DNA from: an uncultured Gemmatimonadales bacterium
GTDB lineage: Bacteria > Gemmatimonadota > Gemmatimonadetes > Gemmatimonadales > Gemmatimonadaceae
Length of the DNA: 64,000 nt
Reading direction: 5' to 3'
Assembly: GCA_963701965.1 (NCBI GenBank)
Contig: OY969695.1
Coordinates: forward strand, 4,480,001 to 4,544,000
A program made the translations under genes and the position numbers. The notes under the pieces were generated by a model. That model was not told the DNA's origin and did no database searches. It was given only the letters and a program-made list of their open reading frames with translations. Shown piece by piece: positions 22,629-32,108 of this stretch. Positions within the stretch are counted from its first letter, which is position 1, and each line of letters opens with the position of its first letter.

Positions 22629-23870
22629 GTGACGACCAAGGCAGGGTGGGCGATAGCCGTTCTCCTCCTGACCTCGGCCTCGGTGGGGACGCGGCGCGCC
22701 TCAGTGCGGCCAGCCCACGTGCGGCCGGGGATCACGGTGCTCCTTGAGGATAGCGCCGCGCTGGTCCGGGGCAAGCGCGTCGCCCTCCTCACGAACCAGA
22801 CGGGGATCGACGAGCACGGCGTCTCGGACATCGATCGGCTCGCCCACTCGCCCGCGCGCCTCGTCCGGTTGTTCAGTCCCGAGCACGGGATTCGCGGCAA
22901 GGAAGACCGGGAGTTCGTCGCCAATGGCGTAGACTCGGCGACGGGGTTGGTGGTGCATTCCCTGTATGGGAAGACCGTGCTGGCGCCCCCGGACAGCCTG
23001 CTGGTCAATGTCGACGCCCTGGTCATCGACCTGCAGGACGTCGGCACGCGCACCTGGACCTATGTCGGCTCCCTCATTGCCGCCATGCGGGCCGCCGCCC
23101 GCAATCACGTGGCCGTGATCGTGCTCGATCGGCCGAACCCCCTTACCGGTGCGCGCGTGGACGGCCCGATGCTCGACAGCGCGCTCGCCGACACGGGGAT
23201 TCCCTATGCGCTCTACCCGATGCCGCTGCGCCACGGCCTGACCATGGGGGAGCTGGCGCTGTTCTACAATGACGCCCTCGGCCTCGGGACAGTGCTGCAC
23301 GTCATCCCCGCCCGCGGGTGGCGGCGGACCCTGTGGTTCGACCAAACGGGGCTGCCCTGGGTGCCGCCCTCGCCCAACCTGCCGTCGCTCGCCAGCGAGA
23401 CGCTGTATCCTGCCATCGTGGCGTTCGAAGGCTCGAACCTTTCGGTGGGGCGGGGCACGCCACAGGCGTTTCAGCAGGTCGGCGCCCCATGGCTCGACGC
23501 CCCGGCCGTGGCCGCGTCGCTCAACCGCCTGGCATTGGGCGGCGTCCGGTTCCAGGCCGACACGTTCACGCCGGTGTCGCCGACGGACGGGAAGTACGCC
23601 AACCGGCGGCTCAACGCGATACGGATCGAGATGACCGACCGCGATAAGTTCCACGCGGGGCGGGTCGCCGCCGGACTCCTGTGGGCCGTGGCGCGCGCCA
23701 ATCGCGATTCGCTCCGGTTGGATACGACGGCGTTCGACCGGCGGTTCGGTAGCGGCACGGCGCGCGCCGCGCTCGTGCGCGGGGACGACCCGAAGGCGAC
23801 GTTCGACCGCGTGCTGCCCGCGGTCACGCAGTTCGCGCGACGATCACGGCGGTTCTGGCTGTACGACTGA
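22629..23870 (+). CDS. namZ: Exo-beta-N-acetylmuramidase NamZ (DUF1343)
   Basis: LLTNQTG, LFSPEHGIRG, DLQDVGTRTWTY, VLDRPNP, RHGLTMGELA, SPNLP, SVGRGT; signal-like N-terminus. Start codon uncertain. Confidence 0.88.
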   Translation: MTTKAGWAIAVLLLTSASVGTRRASVRPAHVRPGITVLLEDSAALVRGKRVALLTNQTGIDEHGVSDIDRLAHSPARLVRLFSPEHGIRGKEDREFVANGVDSATGLVVHSLYGKTVLAPPDSLLVNVDALVIDLQDVGTRTWTYVGSLIAAMRAAARNHVAVIVLDRPNPLTGARVDGPMLDSALADTGIPYALYPMPLRHGLTMGELALFYNDALGLGTVLHVIPARGWRRTLWFDQTGLPWVPPSPNLPSLASETLYPAIVAFEGSNLSVGRGTPQAFQQVGAPWLDAPAVAASLNRLALGGVRFQADTFTPVSPTDGKYANRRLNAIRIEMTDRDKFHAGRVAAGLLWAVARANRDSLRLDTTAFDRRFGSGTARAALVRGDDPKATFDRVLPAVTQFARRSRRFWLYD

Positions 23871-23889
23871 CACTTATTTCCTGGGGAGA

Positions 23890-24243
23890 ATGCTGATGCG
23901 ACGGATCGTATCCACGCTGGCGTGGGCTGCGCTCGCCACCACCACGCTCGCCGCGTGCCACCGGAAGGTCGACACCAACGCGCCGCCCGCGCAGCCCGCC
24001 GGCCCGACCTATACGCTCACGGTGACGAACAATCTGACGAAGGCCATCAACGTCTACGTCACCAGCGGCGGCGTCGACACCTTCCTGCGCCAGGTCGCCG
24101 CCTCGAGCAGCGAGCAGCTTCCGGTCAAGGGCATCCCGTCGGGCGCCGCGGTCACGCTCAAGGCGACGGCGATCGACGGCAGCAACACGTACACGAAGGC
24201 GAACGTCAACCTGAGCAACAACTACACGTGGGCGGTGCCGTGA
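23890..24243 (+). CDS. Hypothetical beta-rich lipoprotein
   Basis: Lipobox LAAC after a hydrophobic signal; GGGGAG SD; host-like codon usage. Confidence 0.75.
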   Translation: MLMRRIVSTLAWAALATTTLAACHRKVDTNAPPAQPAGPTYTLTVTNNLTKAINVYVTSGGVDTFLRQVAASSSEQLPVKGIPSGAAVTLKATAIDGSNTYTKANVNLSNNYTWAVP

Positions 24244-24299
24244 GTTAAGTTCTAGGGGCTGGCGCACATTGGCGGCTCCAGCCCCTATCGCTCCGACGC

Positions 24300-24974
24300 A
24301 TGACACGTCTATGGAATGCAATTAAAGACGGGTACGTCCGACTCCTGGAGCCGCTCGCCGCGTTCCTCGTCCGCCATCGCATCAACCCGAATTACATCAC
24401 GACGCTGGGAACAGCGTGCTCCATCATCGGCGGTGGCATTTACGGCGCGGGCCACATCCGGACGGGTGGATGGTTCCTGGGGATCTGCGCGTTGTTCGAC
24501 GTGCTCGACGGCACCGTGGCGCGGCGAACGGGCCGTTCCTCGCCCTTCGGCGCGTTCTACGATTCGACGCTCGATCGTGTCGCCGACGGCGCCGTGCTGT
24601 CGGGACTCACGTTCTTCTACGCCACCAGCCCGGTGCACCATAGCGGGCCGATGGTGGTCGTCTGCCTCGCCGGCCTCCTCGGCGGGTTCCTCGTCTCCTA
24701 CACCCGCGCGCGCGCGGAAGCCCTTGGCGTCAACGCCAAGGTGGGCTTCATGCAGCGCCCGGAGCGCGTGGTGCTGTTGTCCGCCCCGCAGGCGTTCTTC
24801 GGCCTCGCCCTCGACGGGTGGGTCCTGGCCGCCATCGTCGTTTTCCTCACCGTGACTTCCTGGGTTACCGCCATTCAACGTATCGTCGCTGTCCATCATG
24901 CCATGACGCCGGCCGCACCGGTGCCGGAGTCCGCCAAGCAACCCGCACCCGTCGTGATCGGGAGGAGCGCGTGA
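24300..24974 (+). CDS. CDP-alcohol phosphatidyltransferase (phosphatidylinositol-phosphate synthase-like)
   Basis: DVLDGTVARRTG...GAFYDSTLDRVAD signature; SYTRARAE and QRPER motifs; coupled to ino1. Confidence 0.88.
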   Translation: MTRLWNAIKDGYVRLLEPLAAFLVRHRINPNYITTLGTACSIIGGGIYGAGHIRTGGWFLGICALFDVLDGTVARRTGRSSPFGAFYDSTLDRVADGAVLSGLTFFYATSPVHHSGPMVVVCLAGLLGGFLVSYTRARAEALGVNAKVGFMQRPERVVLLSAPQAFFGLALDGWVLAAIVVFLTVTSWVTAIQRIVAVHHAMTPAAPVPESAKQPAPVVIGRSA

Positions 24975-26278
24975 CCACGTCCATTCGTCCGGCATCGGGC
25001 AAGCTCGGGGTCATGACGGTCGGGTTGGGGGCCGTCGCCACGACATTCATGGCGGGCGTCGAGCGCGTGCGCCGCGGGACCTCGCTGCCGATTGGCTCGT
25101 TGACCCAGATGGCGACGATCCGCCTCGGCAAACGCACGGAGAACCGCGCGCCGCTGATCAAGGATTTCGTGCCGGTGGCCGCCCTCGATGACCTCGTGTT
25201 CGCCGCCTGGGACCCGATTCCCGATGATGCGTATGTGGCGGCCGTCAAAGCGGGCGTGCTCGAGGCCGAGCATATCAACAGCGTCGCCGACTTCCTCAAG
25301 GCGATCGTCCCCATGCCGGCGGCGTTCGACCAGAAATACGTTACGCGGATCTCGGGCACGCATGTCAAGAAAGGCAAGACCAAGCGCGACCTGGCCGAGC
25401 AGATTCGTCAAGACATCCGCGACTTCAAGACCAAGCACCGCCTGGACCGCGTGGTGATCGTCTGGTGCGCCTCGACCGAGATCTATATCAAGGCCGGCGC
25501 GGCTCACGCGACGCTGGAGCAGTTCGAGAAGGCGATGGAGCGAAACGACGATGCGATCGCCCCGTCGATGCTCTATGCCTACGCGGCGCTCATGGAAGGC
25601 GTGCCATTCGCCAACGGCGCCCCGAACCTCACGGTCGACATGCCGTGTTTGATCCGGCTGGCGAATGAACGGTCGGTGCCGGTGTCCGGCAAAGACTTCA
25701 AGACGGGGCAGACGTGGATGAAGACCGTCATCGCGCCAGGCCTCAAGGCGCGCATGCTGGGTCTGGCCGGATGGTACTCGACGAACATTCTCGGCAACCG
25801 TGACGGCGAAGTCCTCGACGATCCGGCGTCCTTCAAGACGAAGGAAGAGTCGAAGCTGAGCGTGCTGCACAGCATTCTCCAACCGGAGCGCTACCCTCAG
25901 CTCTATCAGAACTTCTCGCACGTGGTGCGGATCAATTACTATCCGCCCCGCGGCGACAACAAGGAAGGCTGGGACAACATCGATATCGTCGGGTGGATGG
26001 GATACCCGATGCAGATCAAGGTCAATTTTCTGTGCCGCGACTCCATCTTGGCGGCGCCGCTGGTGCTCGATCTGGCGTTGTTCTCCGACTTCGCCCAGCG
26101 CGCCTGCCTCAAGGGCATCCAGGAATGGCTCTCGTTCTACTATAAGAGCCCCATGGCCGCGCCGGGGTTGCAGCCGGAGCACGATTTGTTCATCCAACAG
26201 ACGAAGCTCAAGAACACCTTGCGGCACTTGATGGGCGAGGAGCAAATCACCCATCTGGGCCTCGAGTACTACGCGTGA
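24971..26278 (+). CDS. ino1: myo-Inositol-1-phosphate synthase
   Basis: GLGAVAT, WCASTE, FANGAPN, GKDFKTGQT, STNILGNRDG, GDNKEGWD, CRDSILAAP. Confidence 0.93.
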   Translation: MTTSIRPASGKLGVMTVGLGAVATTFMAGVERVRRGTSLPIGSLTQMATIRLGKRTENRAPLIKDFVPVAALDDLVFAAWDPIPDDAYVAAVKAGVLEAEHINSVADFLKAIVPMPAAFDQKYVTRISGTHVKKGKTKRDLAEQIRQDIRDFKTKHRLDRVVIVWCASTEIYIKAGAAHATLEQFEKAMERNDDAIAPSMLYAYAALMEGVPFANGAPNLTVDMPCLIRLANERSVPVSGKDFKTGQTWMKTVIAPGLKARMLGLAGWYSTNILGNRDGEVLDDPASFKTKEESKLSVLHSILQPERYPQLYQNFSHVVRINYYPPRGDNKEGWDNIDIVGWMGYPMQIKVNFLCRDSILAAPLVLDLALFSDFAQRACLKGIQEWLSFYYKSPMAAPGLQPEHDLFIQQTKLKNTLRHLMGEEQITHLGLEYYA

Positions 26279-26706
26279 AAAGGCTCGGGTTCGTGTTGGC
26301 GCTGGGCGCGTTGGCGAATGCCTGCACGGAGACGTCGCAGGCCGGCGTCCCGCCCACGCGGCAGTGGACGGACGACATGGCCTTTGTGATTGCGTCCAAT
26401 CCGGCGCCGCCGCACGCGCGCGACACGGTGATGTTCATCGTCGTCGCCCGCGACAAGACGTCGGGTCAGCCGATCGAAGGCGCCGACGGGCGGATCTACG
26501 CCGAGACGAAGGACGGCGCGAAGACGTGGGACGGGTTCGTGCCGGGCCCGAAGCCGGGCACCTACACGGCCAAGCTCCACTTCATCGTCTCCGGCAACTG
26601 GGCGATGGGCATGCAGTTTCGTCGCGACACGACGAAGACGAAGATCGAAACGATGAACTGGACCCAGGAAGTCCGGGCCGCCCTCGACACGAATCAGGTG
26701 CGCTGA
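26275..26706 (+). CDS. YtkA/FixH-like Ig-fold lipoprotein
   Basis: Lipobox ANAC; GQPIEGA...PGTYTAKLHF...GNW pattern. Confidence 0.6.
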   Translation: MKRLGFVLALGALANACTETSQAGVPPTRQWTDDMAFVIASNPAPPHARDTVMFIVVARDKTSGQPIEGADGRIYAETKDGAKTWDGFVPGPKPGTYTAKLHFIVSGNWAMGMQFRRDTTKTKIETMNWTQEVRAALDTNQVR

Positions 26707-26708
26707 CC

Positions 26709-27014
26709 GTGCAACTCTTTTATCGGACTTCCATCGACCCGGCGGACGTCGTCGCCGCCGCCGATGCCTTCTTCGCCGCGCCGCCGCTGACCATGACGCA
26801 GGGCACCGGCACGGGTGGCCCCCGCGAACGCACGTACTCCGGCGCCCTCGGCACCGTGAAGATGCGCGTGCGCGCCGAAGGGGGGCACTACACGTTCGTC
26901 GAAGTGCAGACTGACCAGATCGGCGAGAGTCGTCTCGACCGGAACGTCAAACGCTTCTTCGTGACGCTCCACCGGCGCGCGGATCCGGCGCACGCGCTCG
27001 AGGCGGCGTACTGA
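26709..27014 (+). CDS. Hypothetical protein (~101 aa)
   Basis: GTG 2 nt after the upstream stop; its stop overlaps the next ATG; non-repetitive sequence. Confidence 0.65.
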   Translation: MQLFYRTSIDPADVVAAADAFFAAPPLTMTQGTGTGGPRERTYSGALGTVKMRVRAEGGHYTFVEVQTDQIGESRLDRNVKRFFVTLHRRADPAHALEAAY

Positions 27015-28129
27015 TGGCAACGGCGGCACGGAGCGCGGCGCGGAAAGCCGCGGCGAGTGACGGGAGTCGGGCGCTCGACCGCGGCCAGAAGCTCGAGCTC
27101 TACTACTACATGCGGCTCACCCGGTCGCTCGAAGAGCGTCTGGTGAATCTCTACCGCCAGACCAAGGTCGTCGGGGGCTTGTTCCGGTCGCTGGGCCAGG
27201 AGGCCGACGCGGTCGGCAGCGCCTACGCGCTGGATCGCGGCAAGGGGGACATCCTCTCGCCGCTCATCCGGAATCTGGGCTCTATGCTCGTCCAGGGCGC
27301 GCAACCGCTGGAGATCATTCGCCAGTACATGGCCAAGGGCGACTCGCCCACGCGCGGCCGCGAGCTCAACATCCACTACGGCGATCTCGTGCGCGGATTC
27401 GTCGGCCAGATCTCGCATCTGGGCGACATGGTCCCGGTCATGGCGGGCGTCACGCTGTCGTTCAAGATGCGCGGGGAAGCGCGGGTCGGCCTTGTCTACG
27501 TTGGCGATGGCGCGACCTCGACGGGCGCGTTCCATGAAGGCATCAACTTCGCCGCCGTCCAACGCTGCCCGCTGGTCGTGATCGTGGAGAACAACGGATA
27601 CGCGTACTCGACGCCCCTCTCCAAACAGACCGCCGCGCGGGACCTCAAGGACAAGGCGTTGGGGTACGGCATCCCGGGTGAGCAAGCGGACGGCAACGAC
27701 GTGTTGGCGACGTACGCCGTCACCAAACGGGCCGTCGATCGCGCGCGGGCGGGCGGGGGACCGACACTGATCGAGCTAATGACGTACCGGCGCAAAGGCC
27801 ACGCCGAGCACGATAATCAGTCCTACGTCCCTGCGGGTGAGATCGAGCGCTGGGAGCGCGAGAACGATCCGGTCGACCGCTACGTCGCCGTGCTCACCGC
27901 TGAGGGCGTCAAATCGGCGGAGCTCGGCGCCATCGATGATCGCGTGCGACAGGAGATCGATGCCGCGACCGATGCCGCGGAAGCGTCACCGAATCCCGAG
28001 CCGGTCGACGCGCTGGTCGGCGTGTACGCCAGCCAGCCGGCTGTCGCGCCGCTGTGGTTTCGGGAGGGGGTGCGCTCGGCGGTCGCGGTCAACGAGCGTC
28101 CGGCGTCGTGGGGGACTCACGATGGCTGA
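27014..28129 (+). CDS. 2-oxoacid (pyruvate/branched-chain) dehydrogenase E1 alpha subunit
   Basis: TPP motif GDGATSTG...ENNGYA; TYRRKGHAEHD. Confidence 0.92.
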   Translation: MATAARSAARKAAASDGSRALDRGQKLELYYYMRLTRSLEERLVNLYRQTKVVGGLFRSLGQEADAVGSAYALDRGKGDILSPLIRNLGSMLVQGAQPLEIIRQYMAKGDSPTRGRELNIHYGDLVRGFVGQISHLGDMVPVMAGVTLSFKMRGEARVGLVYVGDGATSTGAFHEGINFAAVQRCPLVVIVENNGYAYSTPLSKQTAARDLKDKALGYGIPGEQADGNDVLATYAVTKRAVDRARAGGGPTLIELMTYRRKGHAEHDNQSYVPAGEIERWERENDPVDRYVAVLTAEGVKSAELGAIDDRVRQEIDAATDAAEASPNPEPVDALVGVYASQPAVAPLWFREGVRSAVAVNERPASWGTHDG

Positions 28130-29099
28130 GACCACGTATCTGGAGGCGATCCGCCAGGGATTGTTCGAAGAGATGGAGCGCGATCCGAACGTCTTCTGCC
28201 TGGGCGAGGACATCGGCGCCTACGGCGGTGCGTTCAAGGTCACCGAGGGCTTGCAAGCGCGGTTTGGCGAGTCGCGCGTGATCGACACGCCGATCTCGGA
28301 GGCGGCGATCGTCGGTGCCGCCGCGGGCGCGGCCCACATGGGCCTGCGGCCGGTCTGCGAGATGCAGTTCATTGATTTCATCTCGTGCGGCTACGATATG
28401 CTCACGAACTACGTCGCCACCGCGCGCTACCGCGCGATGCTCGGCTGCCCCATGGTTGTGCGGGGGCCGAGCGGCGGCTACGTGCGCGGCGGCCCGTTCC
28501 ACTCGCAGAATCCGGAAGCCGCGTTTCTGCACACGCCTGGTCTCAAGATCGTGTACCCGGCGACGGCCGCCGACGCGAAGGGGCTGCTCAAGTCGGCCAT
28601 CCGCGACGACGACTGTGTGCTCTTCTTCGAGCACAAGTATCTCTATCGTCGCGTGAAGGAAGAGTTGCCGGCCGGGGATTGGGTCGTGCCGATCGGCAAG
28701 GCCCGCGTGGCGCGCCCCGGCACCGACGTGTCGATCATCACGTACGCCGCCACAGTCTGGAAAGCCCTCGAGGCCGCGGAGCAGCTCGCGGCCGAGGATG
28801 GCATTTCGGTCGAAGTCATCGACCTGCGGTCGCTGCTGCCCATGGACGATGAGGCGATCGTCGCCACGGTCCAGAAGACCAATCGCGCCCTCGTCGTACA
28901 CGAGGACACGCGGACCGGCGGCGTGGCCGGCGAGATCACGGCGCGCATCAACGAGTTGGCGTTCGAGTGGCTGGACGCCCCCGTGTTGCGGGTCACCGCG
29001 GCCGATGTGCCCCTGCCGTATGCGCCGGCCCTCGAGGACTATGTGCTGCCGCAAACGGCTGACATTGTGACGGGAGTGCGCCGGCTGGCGCGCTACTGA
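28122..29099 (+). CDS. 2-oxoacid dehydrogenase E1 beta subunit
   Basis: LGEDIG, DTPISEAAIVG, EMQFIDF, FHSQNPE, VIDLRSL. Confidence 0.93.
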   Translation: MAETTYLEAIRQGLFEEMERDPNVFCLGEDIGAYGGAFKVTEGLQARFGESRVIDTPISEAAIVGAAAGAAHMGLRPVCEMQFIDFISCGYDMLTNYVATARYRAMLGCPMVVRGPSGGYVRGGPFHSQNPEAAFLHTPGLKIVYPATAADAKGLLKSAIRDDDCVLFFEHKYLYRRVKEELPAGDWVVPIGKARVARPGTDVSIITYAATVWKALEAAEQLAAEDGISVEVIDLRSLLPMDDEAIVATVQKTNRALVVHEDTRTGGVAGEITARINELAFEWLDAPVLRVTAADVPLPYAPALEDYVLPQTADIVTGVRRLARY

Positions 29100-29107
29100 G
29101 GCGCCAG

Positions 29108-29356
29108 ATGGCGGAAGCGTCGGGTGCCGGGTCGTCGCGACTGGCTTTGGGGTGCGTCATGACGGTCGCCGGCTTTTTCAGTGCGGCCATGCTCGGCGTG
29201 TTGGTGGCGCGCATTTATAGTTGGATCAGTGCCTGCCGGTACGAGGAAGGCATACCGGCGTGCAACTGGTGGGTGTTCGCGGGAATTAGTGGAATTATCG
29301 GAGCAGTGACACTGCCGGCGCTCGTGCTGCGACGGCTACACGGCAATCGAGGGTGA
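29108..29356 (+). CDS. Small two-TM membrane protein with a Cys pair in the loop
   Basis: Fills the gap between E1b and E2; two hydrophobic helices flank CRYEEGIPAC. Confidence 0.6.
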   Translation: MAEASGAGSSRLALGCVMTVAGFFSAAMLGVLVARIYSWISACRYEEGIPACNWWVFAGISGIIGAVTLPALVLRRLHGNRG

Positions 29357-29360
29357 CATT

Positions 29361-30740
29361 GTGGCGCGTATAGATGTGATCATGCCGCAGATGGGCGAAT
29401 CCATCGCGGAGGGCACGGTCTCCAAGTGGCTCAAGAAGGTGGGGGATGTCGTCAAACGCGACGAACCCATCTTCGAGATCTCGACCGACAAGGTCGATGC
29501 CGAGATCCCGTCGCCGAGTGCGGGGCGTATCGCCGAGATCATCGTCGGCGAAGGGCAGACGGTCGCGGTGCAGACAGTCGTCGCGCGCCTCGAGACCGAC
29601 GTCGACGCCGCGGTCGGGGCTCCCGCCGCTCCCGCGGCAGCGCCCGCGGGCGGCGCTTCGCGCGCGCCCGCCGTCGCGGCGGCCAGCGCGAGTGCCGCAC
29701 CTGCGGCTTCTGCGACATCCGCGGCATCCGCTGGTCGCGGCGCGGGTGCCTCCCCTCCGATAGGCAGTGGCGCGAGCGGCGTGGGGAACAGTCATGGCAA
29801 TGGCACGTTCGAAGAACGTATTCGCACCAAGTCGTCCCCACTCGTACGCAAGATCGCCGCCGAGCACGGGATCGAGCTGGCGACGATCAGCGGATCGGGA
29901 ATCGCCGGCCGTGTGACCAAGCGCGACATCGAGGGATTGCTCGCTGCCGGCCCCGTCCGGGTCGGCCTGACGCCGCCGCCGCGCGCGACCCACGCGCCCG
30001 ACGCGCCGGCCGGGCCACTGCCCGAGCCGTGGGAGGGCGATGTCGTCGAACCGATGTCCAAGATGCGGGCGCTCATCAGCGACCACATGGTGATCTCGCG
30101 CCGGACGTCGGCCCACGTGACGTCGGTCTTCGAAGTCGATCTCACGCGCGTGGCGCGCATCCGTGCCAAGAAGCGCGCCGAGTTCGAGGCGGCGGCGGGC
30201 CAGCGACTGTCGTACTTGCCGTTCATCATCAAGGCCACGGTCGACGGCCTGATGAAGTTCCCGGCACTCAATGCGTCCGTGGCCGGCCACAACGTGATCT
30301 ACCGGAAGCAATACAATATCGGCATCGCCGTGGCACTGGACTGGGGCCTGATCGTGCCAGTGATCAAGCGCGCCGATGACCTGTCGCTGATCGGCCTGAC
30401 CCGGACGCTGAACGACCTGGCGGCCCGGGCCCGCGCCAAGCGCCTCAAGCCGGAGGAAGTCGAAGACGGCACGTTCACGATCACGAATCCCGGCGTGTTC
30501 GGCTCGCTCATGGGCACGCCCATCATCAATCAGCCCCAAGTCGCGATCTTGGGGATCGGCGCGATCGAGAAACGTCCCAAGGTGCTCACGGGCACCGACG
30601 GGGAGGATACAGTCGCCATCCGCACCTGCGCCTACTTCTCGCTGTCGTTCGATCATCGCCTGATCGACGGCGCGGTCGCCGACGAATTCCTCGGCTTCGT
30701 GAAGAAGTCGTTGGAGACGTTCCCCGACACCGTGCTGTAG
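29361..30740 (+). CDS. Dihydrolipoamide acyltransferase (E2)
   Basis: Lipoyl domain STDKVDAEIPSP, subunit-binding domain GSGIAGRVTKRD, catalytic SFDHRLIDG. Confidence 0.94.
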   Translation: MARIDVIMPQMGESIAEGTVSKWLKKVGDVVKRDEPIFEISTDKVDAEIPSPSAGRIAEIIVGEGQTVAVQTVVARLETDVDAAVGAPAAPAAAPAGGASRAPAVAAASASAAPAASATSAASAGRGAGASPPIGSGASGVGNSHGNGTFEERIRTKSSPLVRKIAAEHGIELATISGSGIAGRVTKRDIEGLLAAGPVRVGLTPPPRATHAPDAPAGPLPEPWEGDVVEPMSKMRALISDHMVISRRTSAHVTSVFEVDLTRVARIRAKKRAEFEAAAGQRLSYLPFIIKATVDGLMKFPALNASVAGHNVIYRKQYNIGIAVALDWGLIVPVIKRADDLSLIGLTRTLNDLAARARAKRLKPEEVEDGTFTITNPGVFGSLMGTPIINQPQVAILGIGAIEKRPKVLTGTDGEDTVAIRTCAYFSLSFDHRLIDGAVADEFLGFVKKSLETFPDTVL

Positions 30741-30742
30741 CC

Positions 30743-31000
30743 GTGCCCCGGGAGCTGACCCTGCACCGGACGATCGTGACGCCGGCCGAGCGCGAGCGCT
30801 TTCTGGCGCGCGCCCGCGACCGGCGCACGCACTTCCAGTCCCACGGCTGTCAGTATTGGGTATTCGAGGAGGCCGATCTCGGCGGCGCGTTCATCGAGTT
30901 CGCCGAGTCGTCCACCGTCGACGCCCTATCCGCGGCCCACGCCGGCGCGCCCGACGAGCTCGGCGACGCCACCCGCATCTACCGCGAGGTCACGCTCTAA
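30743..31000 (+). CDS. Hypothetical protein (possible dimeric alpha/beta-barrel)
   Basis: Tightly packed in the operon; YWVFEE...FIEF pattern. Confidence 0.6.
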   Translation: MPRELTLHRTIVTPAERERFLARARDRRTHFQSHGCQYWVFEEADLGGAFIEFAESSTVDALSAAHAGAPDELGDATRIYREVTL

Positions 31001-31003
31001 CCC

Positions 31004-31261
31004 ATGCCGTATCGCTCCATCACTATCAATGGCCACACGTGGCGCGTCAGCCCCGCCGGGTACGTGACGCAGTATGACCACGACGAGTTCAGCCTGCTGT
31101 TCACGCGCGAGTCGGGTGACGTGCGGGTTACGCGCTACTCGCCCCAGGGCGCCCGGTCCCGCGAGCAGTCGTTCGCCGAACTGACGGACGTCGATCTCGC
31201 CCGCTTGTTCGCCCAGTCCCAGCCGGGGTCTACGTCCCCGGAGGCGCATTACGCTGGTTGA
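31004..31261 (+). CDS. Hypothetical protein (85 aa)
   Basis: ATG 3 nt after the upstream stop; globular composition. Confidence 0.65.
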   Translation: MPYRSITINGHTWRVSPAGYVTQYDHDEFSLLFTRESGDVRVTRYSPQGARSREQSFAELTDVDLARLFAQSQPGSTSPEAHYAG

Positions 31262-32108
31262 CCTGCACGCCCACACGACCGCGTCGGACGGTTCGGCGAC
31301 CCCGGAAAGCCTCGCGGCGCAAGCCGCGGCCGCCGGTCTCTCCCAGGTTGCCGTCACCGATCACGACACGGTCGCCGGGGTCGACGCGGCGCGCGCCGCG
31401 GGCCTCTCGCGCGGGGTAGGGATCGTCGCGGGCGTCGAGCTCAGCGCCGTCGACGACCGGGGATCCGAGATCCACATGCTGGGCCTGCACTTGGCCGACG
31501 TGGCGCGTCTGGCGGAGCCGCTGGCGCGGTTCCAGGCCGATCGCATCTCGCGGGCGGCGGCGATCGTCGCGGCGCTCAATCGCGGCGGTGTGCCGGTGAC
31601 CGTGGACGCCGTCATGGCCGAAGCGGGGGCGGGGGCCGTCGGGCGGCCGCACGTTGCCCGCGCGCTCGTCGCCGGGGGTTGGGTACGGGACATTCGCGAG
31701 GCGTTCGATCGGTGGCTCGGCGCCGAGCGGCCGGCGTACGTCGAAAAGCCGCGCCTGGAGATCGTCGACGCCATTCGCCTCATCCACGGCGCCGGCGGCG
31801 TCGCCGTCTGGGCCCACCCGGGCCGCGACGGGACTCGGGCCCGCGTCGAAGCGTTCGTTGCTCTCGGTCTCGATGGCGTGGAAGTCAGCCATCCGGGGCA
31901 CTCGGGCGAAGACACCGCGCGGCTCAACACCCTCGCCGGCCATTTTGAGCTGCTCCGGAGCGGCGGTTCCGACTGGCACGGTGCGGCCGACGGGCCCCGC
32001 GCGCTCGGTGTCATGCGCGTGCCCGCGGAATGGTGCGATGCGCAGGCGGAGCGCGCCGAGCGCTACCGTTCGGATCTATGGATCTCACCGGGCGCGTCGC
32101 CCTCGTAA
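31251..32108 (+). CDS. PHP-domain phosphoesterase (TrpH/YciV-like); non-canonical start
   Basis: VDLHAHTTASDG, AVTDHDT, GVELS, GRPHVARAL, WAHP, GGSDWHG. No ATG/GTG/TTG lies between the in-frame stop at 31182 and the first motif. Confidence 0.88.
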   Translation, partial: TLVDLHAHTTASDGSATPESLAAQAAAAGLSQVAVTDHDTVAGVDAARAAGLSRGVGIVAGVELSAVDDRGSEIHMLGLHLADVARLAEPLARFQADRISRAAAIVAALNRGGVPVTVDAVMAEAGAGAVGRPHVARALVAGGWVRDIREAFDRWLGAERPAYVEKPRLEIVDAIRLIHGAGGVAVWAHPGRDGTRARVEAFVALGLDGVEVSHPGHSGEDTARLNTLAGHFELLRSGGSDWHGAADGPRALGVMRVPAEWCDAQAERAERYRSDLWISPGASPS

